From: Catajapyx aquilonaris
Lineage: Eukaryota
Assembly (NCBI GenBank): GCA_000934665.2
Contig: JYFJ02000322.1
Location: 62,001 to 126,000 of the forward strand
Direction: 5' to 3'
DNA length: 64,000 bases
The position numbers and the translations under genes were made by a program. Shown here in pieces: positions 27,401 to 42,400 of the stretch (positions within the stretch are counted from its first letter, which is position 1; the number at the start of each line of letters is the position of its first letter). The notes under the pieces were generated by a model. It made no database searches. It was given only the letters and a program-made list of their open reading frames with translations, and was not told the DNA's origin.

Positions 27401-30400
27401 CCACGCCTAATTAACCAGTCTGAACATCCGGTCGGCATATAACTTATACAACAAAATGCAGCCAAAAATAAAGCCCCCCCTCTCTTTTCAGGCTGACACC
27501 CCAGCTTCCATTATGGCCTGAGAGTACCCACCCCCAGGCTTCAAATATCCATGCAAATGCCATGCAGGTGCTTGTCTCTGCTGACTTTCAATCCGTTTAG
27601 GTGGAGGCTAATTTCATTCTTCATTTGCGCATTCATTGTAAGCCAAGCGCAAAGCAATCTGCGCAAATTGTTCGCTTTGCCCCGCCGCAGTTTTACCCCA
27701 ACAGCCTATAGTTTTGATCATTAACATATTCCAGTCTCCCCTTTTTTTCGGAGGGGGGGCCAGACCGTGTGCCATGAAGTGCAAATTGCCTGCCCCCCCA
27801 CACCACCAACACCACAATTTTTTAGTAAAAAAAAAAACTCGAGCGTGTTGGCAGATTATGCGACTGCAGTCAGATCTCACTCGCACCCAGTTTTATGGCG
27901 AGAATATTTGTCACAATGTACCATAATTCAAGACGCGGCCGCAATCGCAAAAAGCGAGCCAACATTTTTGCTTTTAATGGCTAATGAATTGCTCGGATGG
28001 ACTGTTTTTCGGGGGAAAAATAACTGCGAGGTTTTTTTTTTCCTTTTTTGCGGGTGTTGTATAATATTATACAAGCCTGTAATGTATACTTACGTGTATG
28101 AAGGCAGAGGAAAGGCTTGAGCGGCGCAAGGAAGCATTACATCATCACCCACTTTCACGTGTCGAGATATCCTCTTCTCCACAGACAGTCTTGGAGGCTC
28201 AGTACCCTTTGGCTCTGAAAATATCAATAAAACATTTATTTATTTATTTGATCTTACTATATATAGGCTTATTCTCTTTGTCGGATGTTTGTCCGACCTG
28301 ATAGTACCCCTATCTCTCGCACGATCTGAAGGTGGCAGGAGTGTGCCGAGGGAATGGGCGCCATCTATGCGTGAAGAATAGTACTATGTGGTAAAACGAC
28401 GGGCATTCTCATTAAAATTGTTTGATTGACGCTGTCATGCTGATTATATAGGTTTTGCCAAATTTTGGCAAGGCTCACTAGTTTATCCCTTGGTTTATCC
28501 CTATTTTGCTATACCGGTACATATATATTTTTCATGCACTTAAATGCATAAAATATGCAAGACAATTTTTCCGTGCACATAACAGCCAGTATTTTTGGTG
28601 CACCTGCACACATTCATGCAGTCATACATCATTCCAAAAGCCTCTATTGTCTTCGCCTTACTCTGGTTTTTGGGGGGCTGGAACTTGGGTGTGCCTACAG
28701 TAGTCATATTACAGGGTCGATCTTTCCCAGTTCGTGCAAAAACCATAAGTCTTTCACCTCAGGAAATTTGATTCTCCACATTTTTGTGACATGCAAATAA
28801 AAGCCTGCACCCCCCATTTTGCACGCGGTATCGACCAAGCCTGAATAGAAATGCCTGAAGGAATTGAGCCTAAAGTCATGCAACACGTCAACGGGTTTTT
28901 CGACAGCGAGCACGGTAGCGTCAGTGTGACATGTGCTTTTATTTCAAAAACCATACAATGCCCAGCATATATACCTTGGGCAGAAACTGCCAAATACCTC
29001 ATTTTGCAGAGCTGGGGGCTACTTTTCATCATGTCGGGACGCTGATTAATAATTACACTTGTTTATTTAAAAAAAGAAGTGGCAAAAGTTTGAGGGACGG
29101 AATGAACTCAAAAATTGTACAAGAATTATAAAAGGTGAATAAACACATCGTACACATCATTTGCAATTGAAAAAAATGCAACGAATAAACGAAAGAAATT
29201 TGACATGTGACATAATTACTGAACCTATAAAGCGTGTATGAATTTCCAGAAATATCCTGCTTTCTAGTTCGGGACATCATTAAGCAAAATGTGCGTTAAT
29301 TACTGCAATGACCAAACGCAGTTATAGATATTAGTTCCATCGACGAGACAATGCTGGGCCAGCAGTAACATCAAAAGAAATAGCAAAATTTTTCACACGG
29401 CACTGTTTGAAGTCCGGTTGCTGTTGTCTGTCGACAACGACTAATTGTATTGTGATCAAAGGCAAAATTCCGGGGCACAGCAATGATAATAAAGCTTCAG
29501 AGCTAATTTAGCTGATTATGGAGTTCGTTTATCTCCACAAAGGTCGCTCACGAACTGAAATCGTCGCATGAGTTTTTTGCTACCAAAATTAATAATGCTC
29601 TCATTTGTAGAATCGAAATGTATCATTGCTTTCCTCTGCATAATTACGACCGGAATGTCATAAAAATCTATGATGATCATTATGACTCATGTATATATAG
29701 CTGGGTTATAATTTTATTCACAAAAAAAATGTTCAAAATTGTGGAAAATATTTGGTAAATATTTCACTGATATGTTGCCTCTAACGTAACCCTGTAGCAT
29801 AAAAGAACTATATTTTACAATGGCAATACCAAAATAATGAAAAATCTGGGGAGGGAAAGTGCTGCACTCAAGCTCATAGAAACTGCCAACATCTGCTTTC
29901 TGATGAAGAAAGTGAAGGGAAGTAATGGATAAAAGTTACCTATTAATGAGAGTTGGCTGTGGGCGAGTTTCTGCAATCAGGAATCCAAAATCCGTCTGAG
30001 CGACCCAACTTTTCCTTGTTCCCAAATTAACCCCTCTGCCAATCCGCCTGTCAAATGAATCCCATCGTCTTTCATAAATTTATTATGAATCGTCTCCCGA
30101 AATTGATCCTAAAACTAGAAACAGACGAGATTTGCGGCGCTCTTCTTGCCATTAGGTTCATTAATCTTCTCCTCCCCCCCCCCATTTTTTGAGCCTTAAA
30201 AATGCAAATTAGGACCTTCAATGTGAGATTCTTATGAACGAGGTTTTATACCAGGACCATGAGGTTCTGTAGAATAGCATCAAACACCTAAGGCTTCTTC
30301 CACAAAAAATTATACCCTATGTACCACTATGTACCACAGTACTATGTACGTACTGTACATTCTGTAATTTTTCTCCTGAATAAATGAAGTTTGTATAAAT

Positions 30401-33400
30401 ATGCAATAATAATGATCATGCCACGTATAGGAAGTGCTACAAAGTTTCAAAATCAAGTAGCTAGAAAATAATACTGTATGCCATGCAGTGATATTCCGGA
30501 TAATGCAAGGGCAATATGGGCTCTATTCCACATCAAAGAGCTACACAATGTACTGTAGGCCTCTGCAAAAAAAAGTGTCTTTTAATATTAGGGCTGTTTT
30601 GCTGTAATTTGCTGATGTGGTCCAAAAATAGTTTTATTTCCTGTAACAATACGTGATATTTAGCAACGCAAGAGAGAACTCAATTATGTTTGTCAAATAG
30701 ATATCCAGCTGTCAACAACATAGTCCATAAATTACTGCACAACACAGTGTAAAGTACTGAAGGGAGTGGTGCACAAAATATTGCATCAGGTCAAGATTTA
30801 AAAAAATTGCGAATGCGTGTACTAATCTGACTGCATATTTTCTGAAATTAGACCAGGGGAATTAATTAATCTAATGCTGTTTTCTACACTTACTGTACAA
30901 CACATAGTCCACATGTAGCATGTGCTGCTGTGTAATTCGGTTATTTTTTTGTGAGCCTTTCTGCCACCATGTTGCACTCTGAATGATTTGCAGCGCAGTA
31001 TTACTTTGGAATAATGCATTAGTTTAATCACCACATACAGCGAGCGAAAGCCAACAATAACTCCGACATAAATAATTGCCTATTTATTATTACCTCGTTT
31101 TAAACTCGATTAAAATACTTAATCTAACATCCACTTGCATCAGGATAGTATATTATTATGTAGCAGACATTAATATAATATGTGATTGTGTCTTTTCCAA
31201 TGATAATGAGGATGTTGCTACGCCAAAATTAAAGCCTGGATTTCTACAACTCACGAGATAAACAATGCAACATGTTCATAACGGACCCTGTATATAACGA
31301 CAACCCATCATTTTTGATAAACAGGTCATGTCGCGCCGGAAGTAGCCTATTTCCTTCTCACGTAACGGAAACCTATTCAGCACAAAAGTTTTTTTTCCTT
31401 ATAAATTGAGGGATCAGAAACAACTTCCAATTAGTCATGCACACGAACTCCTCAATTATCTCCTCTTTGAAGTCAACCATTAGCCTCCAATAAATTCGCT
31501 CAGTTTTTTTTTTCTCCCAGCAGTTTATACGCCAAATGCCAAACAACAAGGCACAAATGGGGAAGCGGAAAAAAACAGGAGATGGTGAAGTTGGATGGAA
31601 TAGTGGCGGTGGAAATGGTGCACGTCCATCTTGGTTGGCGACTGAAGCGTCCCTGGGAGAATGTCTGGAAAAAGGGCCATCGGTGGAGCCTTGATGAGAC
31701 CCGTTCTTCCGCAGGGGACCGTTTGCCTTGGCGGGAAACTTTGGAAACCTTTTTTCGCCTCCACTCTTCCTTTTCCTTCCTTTCCCCCCTTTTCCACCGT
31801 CCCAGCAAAATGGCAGGAAGTCGCGGCCGGAATGAGGAAAGGACGTAATTGAATGCGAGAATCAAGTACAATCTTGGAGGCAGCTTTAGGAGGCTCCAGA
31901 TTTTGGGGGGCCTAATTGCAGACTGTAAGGAAACCTCTGTCCAGAAAGGTTAATCAGAAAGCTAAATTATCCGATATACAAAGCCCCTATCCGATGATAA
32001 TTATAGCATTGAAAATATCTCGAACTTTCCAACGTCGTAGCGGGTTGGGAAATGGCTCGCTGGAAAGCTCTCATCGACAATTGGGAACCAAAACATCTTC
32101 AGAATCGCATATTTCCCCTCCGTTTTTGAGCTATTGCCAAAATAAGAGTTTGCACCTTCCCCGATTGCCTAATATCGCCGATGGCCGCCAGAATAGCGCC
32201 ACCATCGCCTCAACCAGCCATCCAGCCACCCGTCCGCTTCGGGCGGCGCCACTATCGGGCACCCCGCCAACTGGCAGCATTATCGATATTAGTTTTCTAT
32301 AGCATCGGAATCCCTTTTCATATGCAAACCGGAAATTGGTGTCTCTTCTCACGTCAACCACCGGGTCGGCTCGAACGGGAATGCCAAGCACCGAAGGCGA
32401 TCGAAAGGGGCGAAGCGCCACCGTCGAGCTAAGCGAGCAAGGAAAATAAATGTCCACATCGACCACATCAAGTCGCAATGAAAAAAAAAGTGTGCCTTTC
32501 GTGAGAACACGTCCAGCAGTAACACGTGCCATTGTAGGACAACATAAATAAATTTAGAAAACATCCTTTAGTCACGTATAAAAAGTCACGTCAAATTTCC
32601 GGAGTTAACACCATTTTGGTGTTAGCGTGATCACATTTCTCTAGCTAAGGTGTTCTGGTTACTCAGGTGTGAACAGTCGCCATCAAAAGTACAACAATCG
32701 GACATCCTTTTTTTCCTTCCAGCAGCACACCTCATTTAGGTCCCGTTTTCTCTCGCGCACTTCCGCTTCCGGACTCGAAAAAAAAACCCTCCGACCTTAC
32801 CCCATAATTTTCAAGCTTCATGACTTCTTTTTTTTCAAAAAAAAAACCCCATCCCCCTTTCCCCCAATTTATGACTTTCTTTTGTTAAGATGAAAAACTC
32901 ACATCTCTCAGCAAGAGACCTCGCCTCTCTCGTATTCATCTGTCAGTAAGATATTCCTCCGCTCAGACTAAACCCTTTCCTCCGCGCNCCCCCCCCCCCC
33001 CCCCCAACTTTTTCGAGCGAACTGTTAGGCGAAAAAAAATGGTATACTTGGGTTGGAAAGGTTGACCACCTTTTTTTCGCCCTCCTCCTATACTCTTGGA
33101 AGTCAAACTTTATAAAAACCCCATCTAATATAATAGAGCCAGTGGCTGCTGCGGATTAAGAGGAAGAGACAGCCGGAGATGCGGTGGGTGCGGGTTGGAA
33201 AGGGGGGGACACATTTTTATAGGGCCACATGTCTCCTGGGGTGAAGAAGAAGGGCTTTTGGAGTGGGAGCCTGGAGAGGGAAGGAGGAGACTAGGGGAGA
33301 AGAGCTATCCAGGAAGTTCAACTCATGCCTTGCCGACAGATTGAGCCAACATGGAAAAGGCAGCTAGAGAGAGAGTTTTAAAAAAATATAGTTAAGTTTT

Positions 33401-36400
33401 TTGGGTGCTACCAACTCATGCGGAATTATAAGGTCGAATGATGCAGGAAGTCGTGTGTGACACGATGGTCACACATTTTAACAGGGAAGTACTTGGAACT
33501 AATCCAAGAAAAGTAGCGTAATATTTTTCTTGGCTTCTGAGGGGGTTATGGTTACATACGTTACGAATGAACCGAGGTCGTTTTGAAAGCTAGGAGTTGA
33601 AATTTTGGTAACTTTTAAGTTGAAAGTTAGCATGGGATTACAGCTTAGGAAAAGAGTCAAGTTTTTGTCCTGTAAAATATTACGCCTGGCTTGCAATAAT
33701 GAAAAATTTTAGGCAATTATGTGGACCATTATTAATGGGTGTGCGTGAGGCAAACACTGCAGTTTGCTTAATTTTCGTTTATAATACCATCCCTTAACAC
33801 TAGATTTTACATCAGCGGCACGATATCTGAGTTAAAGCTCTTTTTTTCCTTTTTTTATAAAATAATGAGGTAATGTGCTGGCTCATGCTGATCCTTTGAA
33901 GTTGAAAGCTAAGGACTCGGGCAGACTTTTAGGAAACTAGGAAAATTCAGAGCCACATCAGAGTGAAGTCTCTCGCTTTACTAGATTTTGATTCATTTTG
34001 CCGATATTTCTTTGAAAGTACTTCACGGGGGAGGGGGGGCTAACGGCTGGTCATATTTCGTGATCATTTATCGAAAAAAATGGAACATATTTAAATGTCT
34101 GACTCGTATGCAGCTGCTGTGAATATTCCGCTTATTCTCAAACTTCCATAGCATTCAAAGATAGATGACGTGCTTAGAAGTATAGGCTTCATATGCCTAA
34201 GACAATACATAGCATAACTCAATATTATTTTCGCCAAATTTTAATGATAGTTTCACGGCTATCATTTTTTCAGTCCATAATACTTAATTATGCACACCAA
34301 CAGGGTTCGTCCATTTTGCTTATGACTCTTTTACAGTGTAGTTTTGTCAAGTCAGCAATTATAATCTGTGAGCTCTGAGATTAATGTCTGCTCATGTACC
34401 ATGAATTCTAATTTTTAACTTGACACAAATGCTACTTTTTACACGCCCATTTGCCCACCGAAATGCTGACTATATTCCAACATAACAGGCCGGTATGAAA
34501 ATCATCAGCATACATTTTATGAATTATGTTTGTGCAAATCTTGTTTGCTATGCAATCCTGTACACTACTAGAGATTAAAATGAAGTAGGTAGCAGCAATA
34601 TTATGCCCAAAACTCATTATTCCCAAATATTTAAATCTCATATCCCTATATAAACAGAAAATGTAAATAGAACTGCACGTTCCGAGTTGATTACAGTATA
34701 GTGCTGCTCAATTCATTTCACCAATATACCACCACATTTCAATAAGTCTTTGGAGAGTGACCTTGTTGCTGCAGTTAATGGAATACATAATAGCCTATGG
34801 AAATTATTTTCACGTTTAATCGCTTCTTTTACACATGCTGATGGCAATTTTAATCAGCCGTTAGATTTTTTTTCTCATATTTCAGCCCTTTCTACCATTT
34901 TTTGCGTCATTGTTATTTTTAATAAAAGTTCACTGTAAAATAACTATAACACCCATAAAAGTGGATGACTTTGACTGAACTTATTATCGTATTATTAATT
35001 AACCATTTTTACTACATAATATGCACCTGTCATTTTCTAAGGAAAAAATACCGTCCGGGTTAGGTTTTTTGATCCTGGAAGTTATACGTCGCCTTCAACA
35101 AGCTTGATGTTGCATAATATCCTGGATGAAACCAATTTCCCGGTTTTATGACGAATGCAAAAAATTTAAAAGAATGACGTAATTACAACTGGTGTTGACA
35201 TAATATTAGCTTCCTTTGCTTAACTGAAATAGTATCGTAGTTTGATATCCAATGTGTCAGAATTTTGGGGTGTTAATTTTTAGGTTCCTTACCGTAATAT
35301 ACCGTCATGTTTACTACAAGAATAAATATTTGCATACTTTCTATGCAATATTATTTGCAAAAATGCCTATTGCGTTATATGCCGATACTGATGCCTTTAT
35401 ACCTAAGGTATGCTCCTATTACCGCAGGTCTATATTTACAGCACATGGTACCGCGTTAGGATTAATTGTGTACCAGTTTCCCCGGGATTTGATTCCGCAA
35501 TAAAACAACGAATGACAACCCTCAGCAAAAAACGTATAGGCCTACTCGTCACGCCTCCATTATTCCGCAATGAAGAAAAAGTTTACCGCAATAAAAGTGG
35601 AACACTCCTGATGGAGCGAACACAAAAAAATTTCCAACTATTCGCCGCATCCAGGTTCCATTGACCAGTATCGACGAATCAAACTTTTACAGATGACAGC
35701 ACTTTTTTTCTCCCCCTGTGTGAGCTTGTGTGGTTCCGGATAAAAATAGGAATTGAGCGTAGGAATCCGAACCGTGGGGTCGGAAGGATTGTCGAGTTGT
35801 CTTTCTGGGCAGCCCCTTGCGTCAGTCCACGAGACTTCAAAAGGAATAAAATCCTGTCTGTAGGGGGGGAGGGGAACAAGATTACTGGAAAGGAGAGACG
35901 CCAGGAACGAGATTTCGGGACGTTTTGCCTCGTAATGGAGTTAGTATTGGACCGAGAGAGGATGCGGGAGTAGCAAGGCAGGGAAGGGGTCGCCTCCAAA
36001 ACCAAGTTTCGGATAAACCTTTCACATGTTTGTTTTTTTTGTTCCTATCCCCGTTTCTTCCTTCCGATTCCGCCGTTGCACGAGCGAAGCGAATAAATAG
36101 TCAAAATAAAGTAGGCCTAGGGTAAGTGAGCCCCTGAGACCGATCTCTCTGTCCTTCTCCAGCACCGACACTTCTGTCGATTGTACTGCAGGAATCCAGG
36201 GCGATATCTGTTCTGATCTGGGATAGTGCAACGGCTTGTTTTGTTTCATTTCAAACAAAATAGCTCTTGAAAAATAAAGTGTCTGAAAATTCAGCCAAAA
36301 CACTCAAAGTCTCATTCAAAATTACAATGGAACCTGGTACTTCAATCGTTCAAGAGTTCGAACGATAATATTATACGTAGATTCGAACTACGCGCGCAAT

Positions 36401-39400
36401 GAAAAAATGCGCTCGCTGCGTAAACGCCATCTGTTGTTCGCCCAAATCGTCTCTTTCACTCGCTGCCTTTCGCTCGTGTGTTTTCAGTGCCTTTATCGCT
36501 CTACTAGTAGCGGACTCGTTGCCAAATTTTGCAACACTGCTTGCTGGAAGTAGTACATAGGCCACTACCAGTTGGCGCACACTACTACTGCTCTCGGGGA
36601 GAAAGTAGTACTACATTCACGTTGGTGATGAGTCGTCGCGTGGACAAAGCCCACCAGGGTGTTATAACCTTCATTGAAGTGGGTCCCACACTCTCTGACC
36701 GCTATATGTCATCTAATTCGTTATTTGGTGAACGTGGAAAGTGAAAACATATGGTAACTATACTACACCTATAGGTAATGAGTAAACACGGACATATAAG
36801 CAGACAGACAGAATAAGGGGATCAGTATCATGATTCTTGGATTGTTAGGTTATTCTGTATTCACTGATTTTATTCTCACAAAATATATTATAGTCCTGCT
36901 GATTAGTGCGCACTTAATTAATTTTCTTCCTGACCTAGTTATGTAGTTTCAACAACCTTTCCTAGTATTACGGGATAACCGCTTCAAGAGAGACTTGGCT
37001 CCTTTGGTTTCAAGACGGTGGGCCAAGTACAAGAGCATACCTGGCGTAAGAGTTTTTGTACCGTGGGTAGGCAACGGGTCGAGCATGGAATTTTGGAGGA
37101 AAAGGGGTGGTTTGGGGTGGGTCGGGCAAAGAGCCAGAGAGGAATTTATAGTGCCGATGGTCCTGAATTAATGATGCGGTTGGAGAGCAGCAGACAGAGT
37201 CGATTGCGGGAGGGGCCAGCTTGTATTGTGAACAACGCTCTTTTGGACGGCGGTGCTGACGGTGGCGGCGGTGGCGGCGGCGGCGACGCTCGACGTCGGA
37301 AGGGGTGTGGTCGAGTGTGGGGGAATGGGAGGGGAGGGCCACATGACTATGGGGGCCGAGGTCGAGGGATGGCTATGACATGCCCATGATTGGTACCGAA
37401 GAGCCCAACTACTGCATGAAAGGCCTTTTATCCTCTGGTGCACTGGAAAAAGCGCGCGGATGACTGACTATCATAATCAAATTGTGAAGCGGTCACCACC
37501 AATAAAAAAGATTTTAAAAAAAAGAGAGAGGATGGTGCCGTCAACCAAAGCGGTTGCCTACAGAATGACACAAATAGACACCAACTTAATTATTATTGCT
37601 CTCGTTCCAAGATTAAAAAGAGTGCTATGAATTATGACAGGGTTTAAAAAATGGACGCTGTGGTTTTTTTTTCCCCGCCCAGCTTTTCTAAATGGTCGTT
37701 TCAAAACTGACGCGCCGCAAACAGGACGTCCACATTAGTTTTCTAGAGGGCAGCTAGTCCCACTTGACATGCAGATAAATAGCCAGACTATTAACATGTA
37801 TGTCTGGTACTTTAGCCGTAATCACATTCGTGCCGCAACCGGCCCACATTAACCTGGAAAACATTACTATACAATGATTCTATTCAAACACTCACTCACA
37901 AATTACCGGTACTTGAAATCTCGGTTAGATTAATTATTAATTTAGTATTAATTTTAAGCCAATTTGTTATCATCAGAACAATCTTAGAGTAATCACTGAG
38001 ACGTTGACATGGGAAAGGGCATAAGTCACAAAGAGAAATGCGCGTCATAATCGTGCCACAATCAAAGGTTGATAATATTTGATAATATTCATATCTGAAT
38101 ATAGAAGCTGACACCATAAGCTCCAGGATTAGGTCGTATTGCATCCCATCACTATATAAAATAACACCGCATTTTGTGGCCTGAAGCATCTCAATACATT
38201 ATACAAAAAAAACATTCCGGATATCCCTAAGTGGACCTGTACAAAGGCCTCCTGTTTTACATCACACTCTTTATAATACTGTACATCGGCATGCCAAACC
38301 CACTACATGCAATCAAACCGTAAAAAAAATTATAATACAGTGTTTTTTTCCCCCAGCCGTGTCGCTCTTGCCACGTGCACACGTATATTCAAAAAAAAAT
38401 ATCCGGGGCCTGGTAGGTGTATACAGAGCAAAAGAGTTGGCTGGCTGAATAACATGAGTGCAAAGCATCAGGGGTTACTCTCTCCTGCGCTTGAATGAAA
38501 AGCAAGCCCCCCCGTCCCCCCAAACAATTTGGCACGTGGGAAACCCAGCTCATGTGATATTTAAAAGCAGAAACATAATTGCAGCAAAGGATAGGAGAGC
38601 CTCCTAGACCAGAGGCAAAAGCAGGCGGCTGCAACACCTTCTCAGTCGGGGTAGTCGCTGTGAAATACGATTACAACGCATCGTGCTGTATATGGTTGTG
38701 GACGCATAAACCACCGCTATTTATACATGGGGTGGGGACTAGAAATTTGCAAAGTTTCCGCCAGTTTGATTTCCCAGTGAATGGCACGGAGTAAGAGCAG
38801 TTCTGCTTTGTAATCACCTACTTCATTAAGGACCACCCTGCACTATAAGGCCTACATGCGGTGGAATAGGATGCAGCAAAAAAATTGAAAAAAGTGCAGA
38901 ATTTGGACCGATCCTAAATGAAAAATGTAGGAGCCAAGTTTTTTTTTTGTTTCATGCCGTGATGTATACAGTACAATACACTGTTGATCATATTTTTGTG
39001 GTGCCAATAATCACTGCAGTTGTTGAGTATCACATTATATATTTTCTAGACCCAATATCAAGCCTGATCGCAAACTAATGCCAATTTCGCGGCTGCTAAT
39101 GCGAAACTGGGGAGGGTAAAACGGAAGAAAACATGGGGAAATGAAACCATGTGTACCGCAAGGATCCCAGCAGGTGGCGTGTTTTCAAAAATAACAAAGG
39201 CTTTGAATCTTCTTTCCTGCAATTGTGGGCTCAGCACGTTTACTTTTTCCCACATTCACGCCAGCCCTGATGGATTCAGCTCCCTCTCTCTCTCTCTCTC
39301 GCTACTTTTTTTTTGTTTGGTTCAGCAGCGTCGCCTCAGGGTCTGCCAAGGGCCCTTTTTTAGGCATTCCGCACAACTGCAGGTACAGTGTACCCTCAAA

Positions 39401-42400
39401 AAAAAAAGTAAGCACTCATAACATTTCCACAAATAATGAATTCCGCGTGAAGCTCACATCTACCCCCCACTATGCACTCGACTTATTTTTTTCCCCCCAC
39501 GGCCTAATTAATGAATGCTCTATAAAAATAATGGTTTACGTTAGCTGTGTCTCTCAAAAAAGATCTGGCACGTCCATTTTAAAATAAACAAAGTCCATTA
39601 CTATAATTACATGCAGAGGTACAAAATATGTGGACCAGACCTTCGCTGCTTGGATTATTTCCTCTGAAAACATTATGCTCATATGAAACATACACATGGT
39701 CTCAATTTGAATGCACATGCATTTTCCTGTGTAAATATTAATATTCAAAGCAACCTGTGTTTCTCAAGTGAAATTATGTTATCAGTAACGATAAATTACA
39801 AGCCTCAGGATTTTGATGGCGTATTCAGGTAAAGCTCTGTACCATACAAACTGCATGCATAAAATGGATGCATTAAAACTGCCTGTGATTTTTCCCCCCA
39901 TAATTTACTGCATACACTGCATATAATTATGCAAAGACTAAAGACTCCACTTGTATAATCACGATGAGAGTTACGCATTAAATCTGCATCAGACAAGGAA
40001 AGAATTTCTCCTAGATTGAACGACCAATGAAAGGATTGGGGGCAGCGTTCGGAGGGCGATAAAAATCCTACGCGGCCACATAATTTGCAATTTAATTAAA
40101 ACCATTGGATTTTTTTTTATTTGCACAGACGGACCTTCCCACTGGAGAGCTTGGGTCCATGTATCCACTTCCCCTACACTCACTTCCTTTCATATTTTTT
40201 TAAAAAAGGAGAGACGAAGCGGACCTCGAATGTTATTGGAATATGTGCATACATTTTACCCCGCAGGCCCAGTTGGGTAATATTCAGTTTTTTTTGCAGC
40301 AGTGCAATCTTTGGATGGAAGTATGCAGTAATATAATAATAAGAGTGTAATTTCCAATCCTGCAACCAGATGCACATAATCAATTTGAAGCCCCCCCCCC
40401 CCCCTGGTTTTCAAGCAGGATTACAATGCAGCAGAACTGTGCAGCTGCGGTGACAGTTCACTGACGTTGAGGCTTACAGTGCGTGTATGTGCCACGTACC
40501 AATTGGGAATGAGTGCATCACTCTCAAAATCGATATCGTGTATACCTAATTTTGGTTGCGTATACGTCACATTCGGAGTGTGATTGACAACTGCTCCATT
40601 GTTGCAATTTTTTTAAACCAACAATTCAAATATAAGAGGCGTGGAAGTAATTTTTTTTTTAAAAAATGGTGATAACCTATAAAAACGAAGCGTCTTCCAG
40701 ACAATGGCACGGAGAGAGATGCCTTTTAATTTAAAGTTGTGTTTACTACTTGAATGACGTGACACTTGTCCTCTTTATGCTTGATGCAGTGTCGGGTGGC
40801 TTCGAGTGTAATTTATTTTAACGCTCTGGCTACATCCCTGCAAACTGCCTCGTCTCCTTCCTGCTCATAAATTCTGGAAGACCCCTCTTTGGTCGTTTAA
40901 TTTCAGCAACACGCTGTCTTCAAAATGATGAGTGGAAGCTACACTAAACGTCCTTGGATGGAAATCCACAATTTTTTTATTCTCCTAAACTTCAACAACA
41001 ACGCTTCAAAAAAAATTGCATAAAATATTCACCACTTATGCTGTTGATGTTGTTGCAAAGCTGACCGCCTGAGAGGTACAAATATCATTAAAATATGCAG
41101 TACAGAAGGCCCTTAAGGTGCAAAACAACTTTCGCTTCCTTGCTTCTAAACATCAGCGAGCACTTAGCGCAATGCAGTCCTGAGGGTGTCACACGCCTCA
41201 TTTACAAACACCCTTGTATAATGTACAGTATTTACCAGAGTGACTGATGGCCATTTTCTCTAACTAGTATGCACTGTAGTGAAATCAAGGTCTGGTCAAC
41301 TTATTCAATTCAAACTGAACTTGGACAGAATGTAATAGAATTCTGTCAAACCCTATTGTCAGATCAAAAATCTTTCTCCCTCTGTGCTGCAAAAGGGGAC
41401 CCGACATGCAGCATCAGGTTTGTGAAGGCTTTCCAGCTGTCCCCTAAAACATCCTCCAGCCTTCCGATGTAATCCCCAAAGTTTTCATTGGAGCTGTGCG
41501 AACAAGCCGAGTTGTGTGTGGTGGTGGTGTGGGTAGAGGGTGATGGTAGGAGGAATGGTGGGGGGGTGGGAATCAATATTTGCAATTCCGGGAGGTCGTC
41601 AGAGAATAGAGCAGAGTAAGTGGACCAGGGGCAGCAGCACACGAAAATTTTAGAATGTGTTGCGGCAGCTGCTGCCTCTTTATTCGAGTCCTAGGTTCGG
41701 CCATCTTGGCAAGCGTGTGGACTTAAGCTGGGACACAAAATTACCCGAGTTAGAACACCCCCTCCCCCTCCCCAAGTTAGCTACCCCCCCCCCCCCATTG
41801 GCACTTGACAAATTGCTCGGCTTTTAAACGTATTAGGCGGCGTTGGAAGCTACTATGCGACGCCAGACTCGCAAATTCCCGTCCGACCTCTTCATTCCTG
41901 GCTTGCCGATTGTTGACCTACACGACGTCTTTGGCAAATTGCGAGCAGATACTTCTTGGAGAATGTTGCGGTGGGAATCAAGCACGCTGGGTTTTTTTTT
42001 CTCCTGTGGTTTGCAACCGCGACTATTGTTTCAGCAGATGCCTAGGGTTATGTGAGAGGAAGGAAAAATGGCTGTTGCGCCAGTATTGTTCAACGTAAAT
42101 GCTGAGGGGCAATTTTTTGCAGTCTGTGCTCGCAATTTTTTTTTCGCTTTTGTTGGACAGGATAAAAATGAAACAGTACAGCATTGCCTTTCCATCGTAT
42201 CAATAACATAAAGAAAAAATGGAGTCTGTTTTATTAACGATTTGATAGTGATATTATGTGTCAGTATTTTAACAAAGGTGGTACAAAACACTGCGTTTGG
42301 CACTTTCTCAAACTTGTACTATAAATGCGCTGCTTTGACTGCACATTACTTGACGTGTAAGCCGAACCGGTGAAGATGCCTGGGGTAAAATAACATTGGA

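Noticed and set aside
37010..37443. Arg-, Ala- or Gly-rich overlapping ORFs
   Set aside because: Caused by GGC/GGT low-complexity sequence; no domain and no fitting splice sites identified
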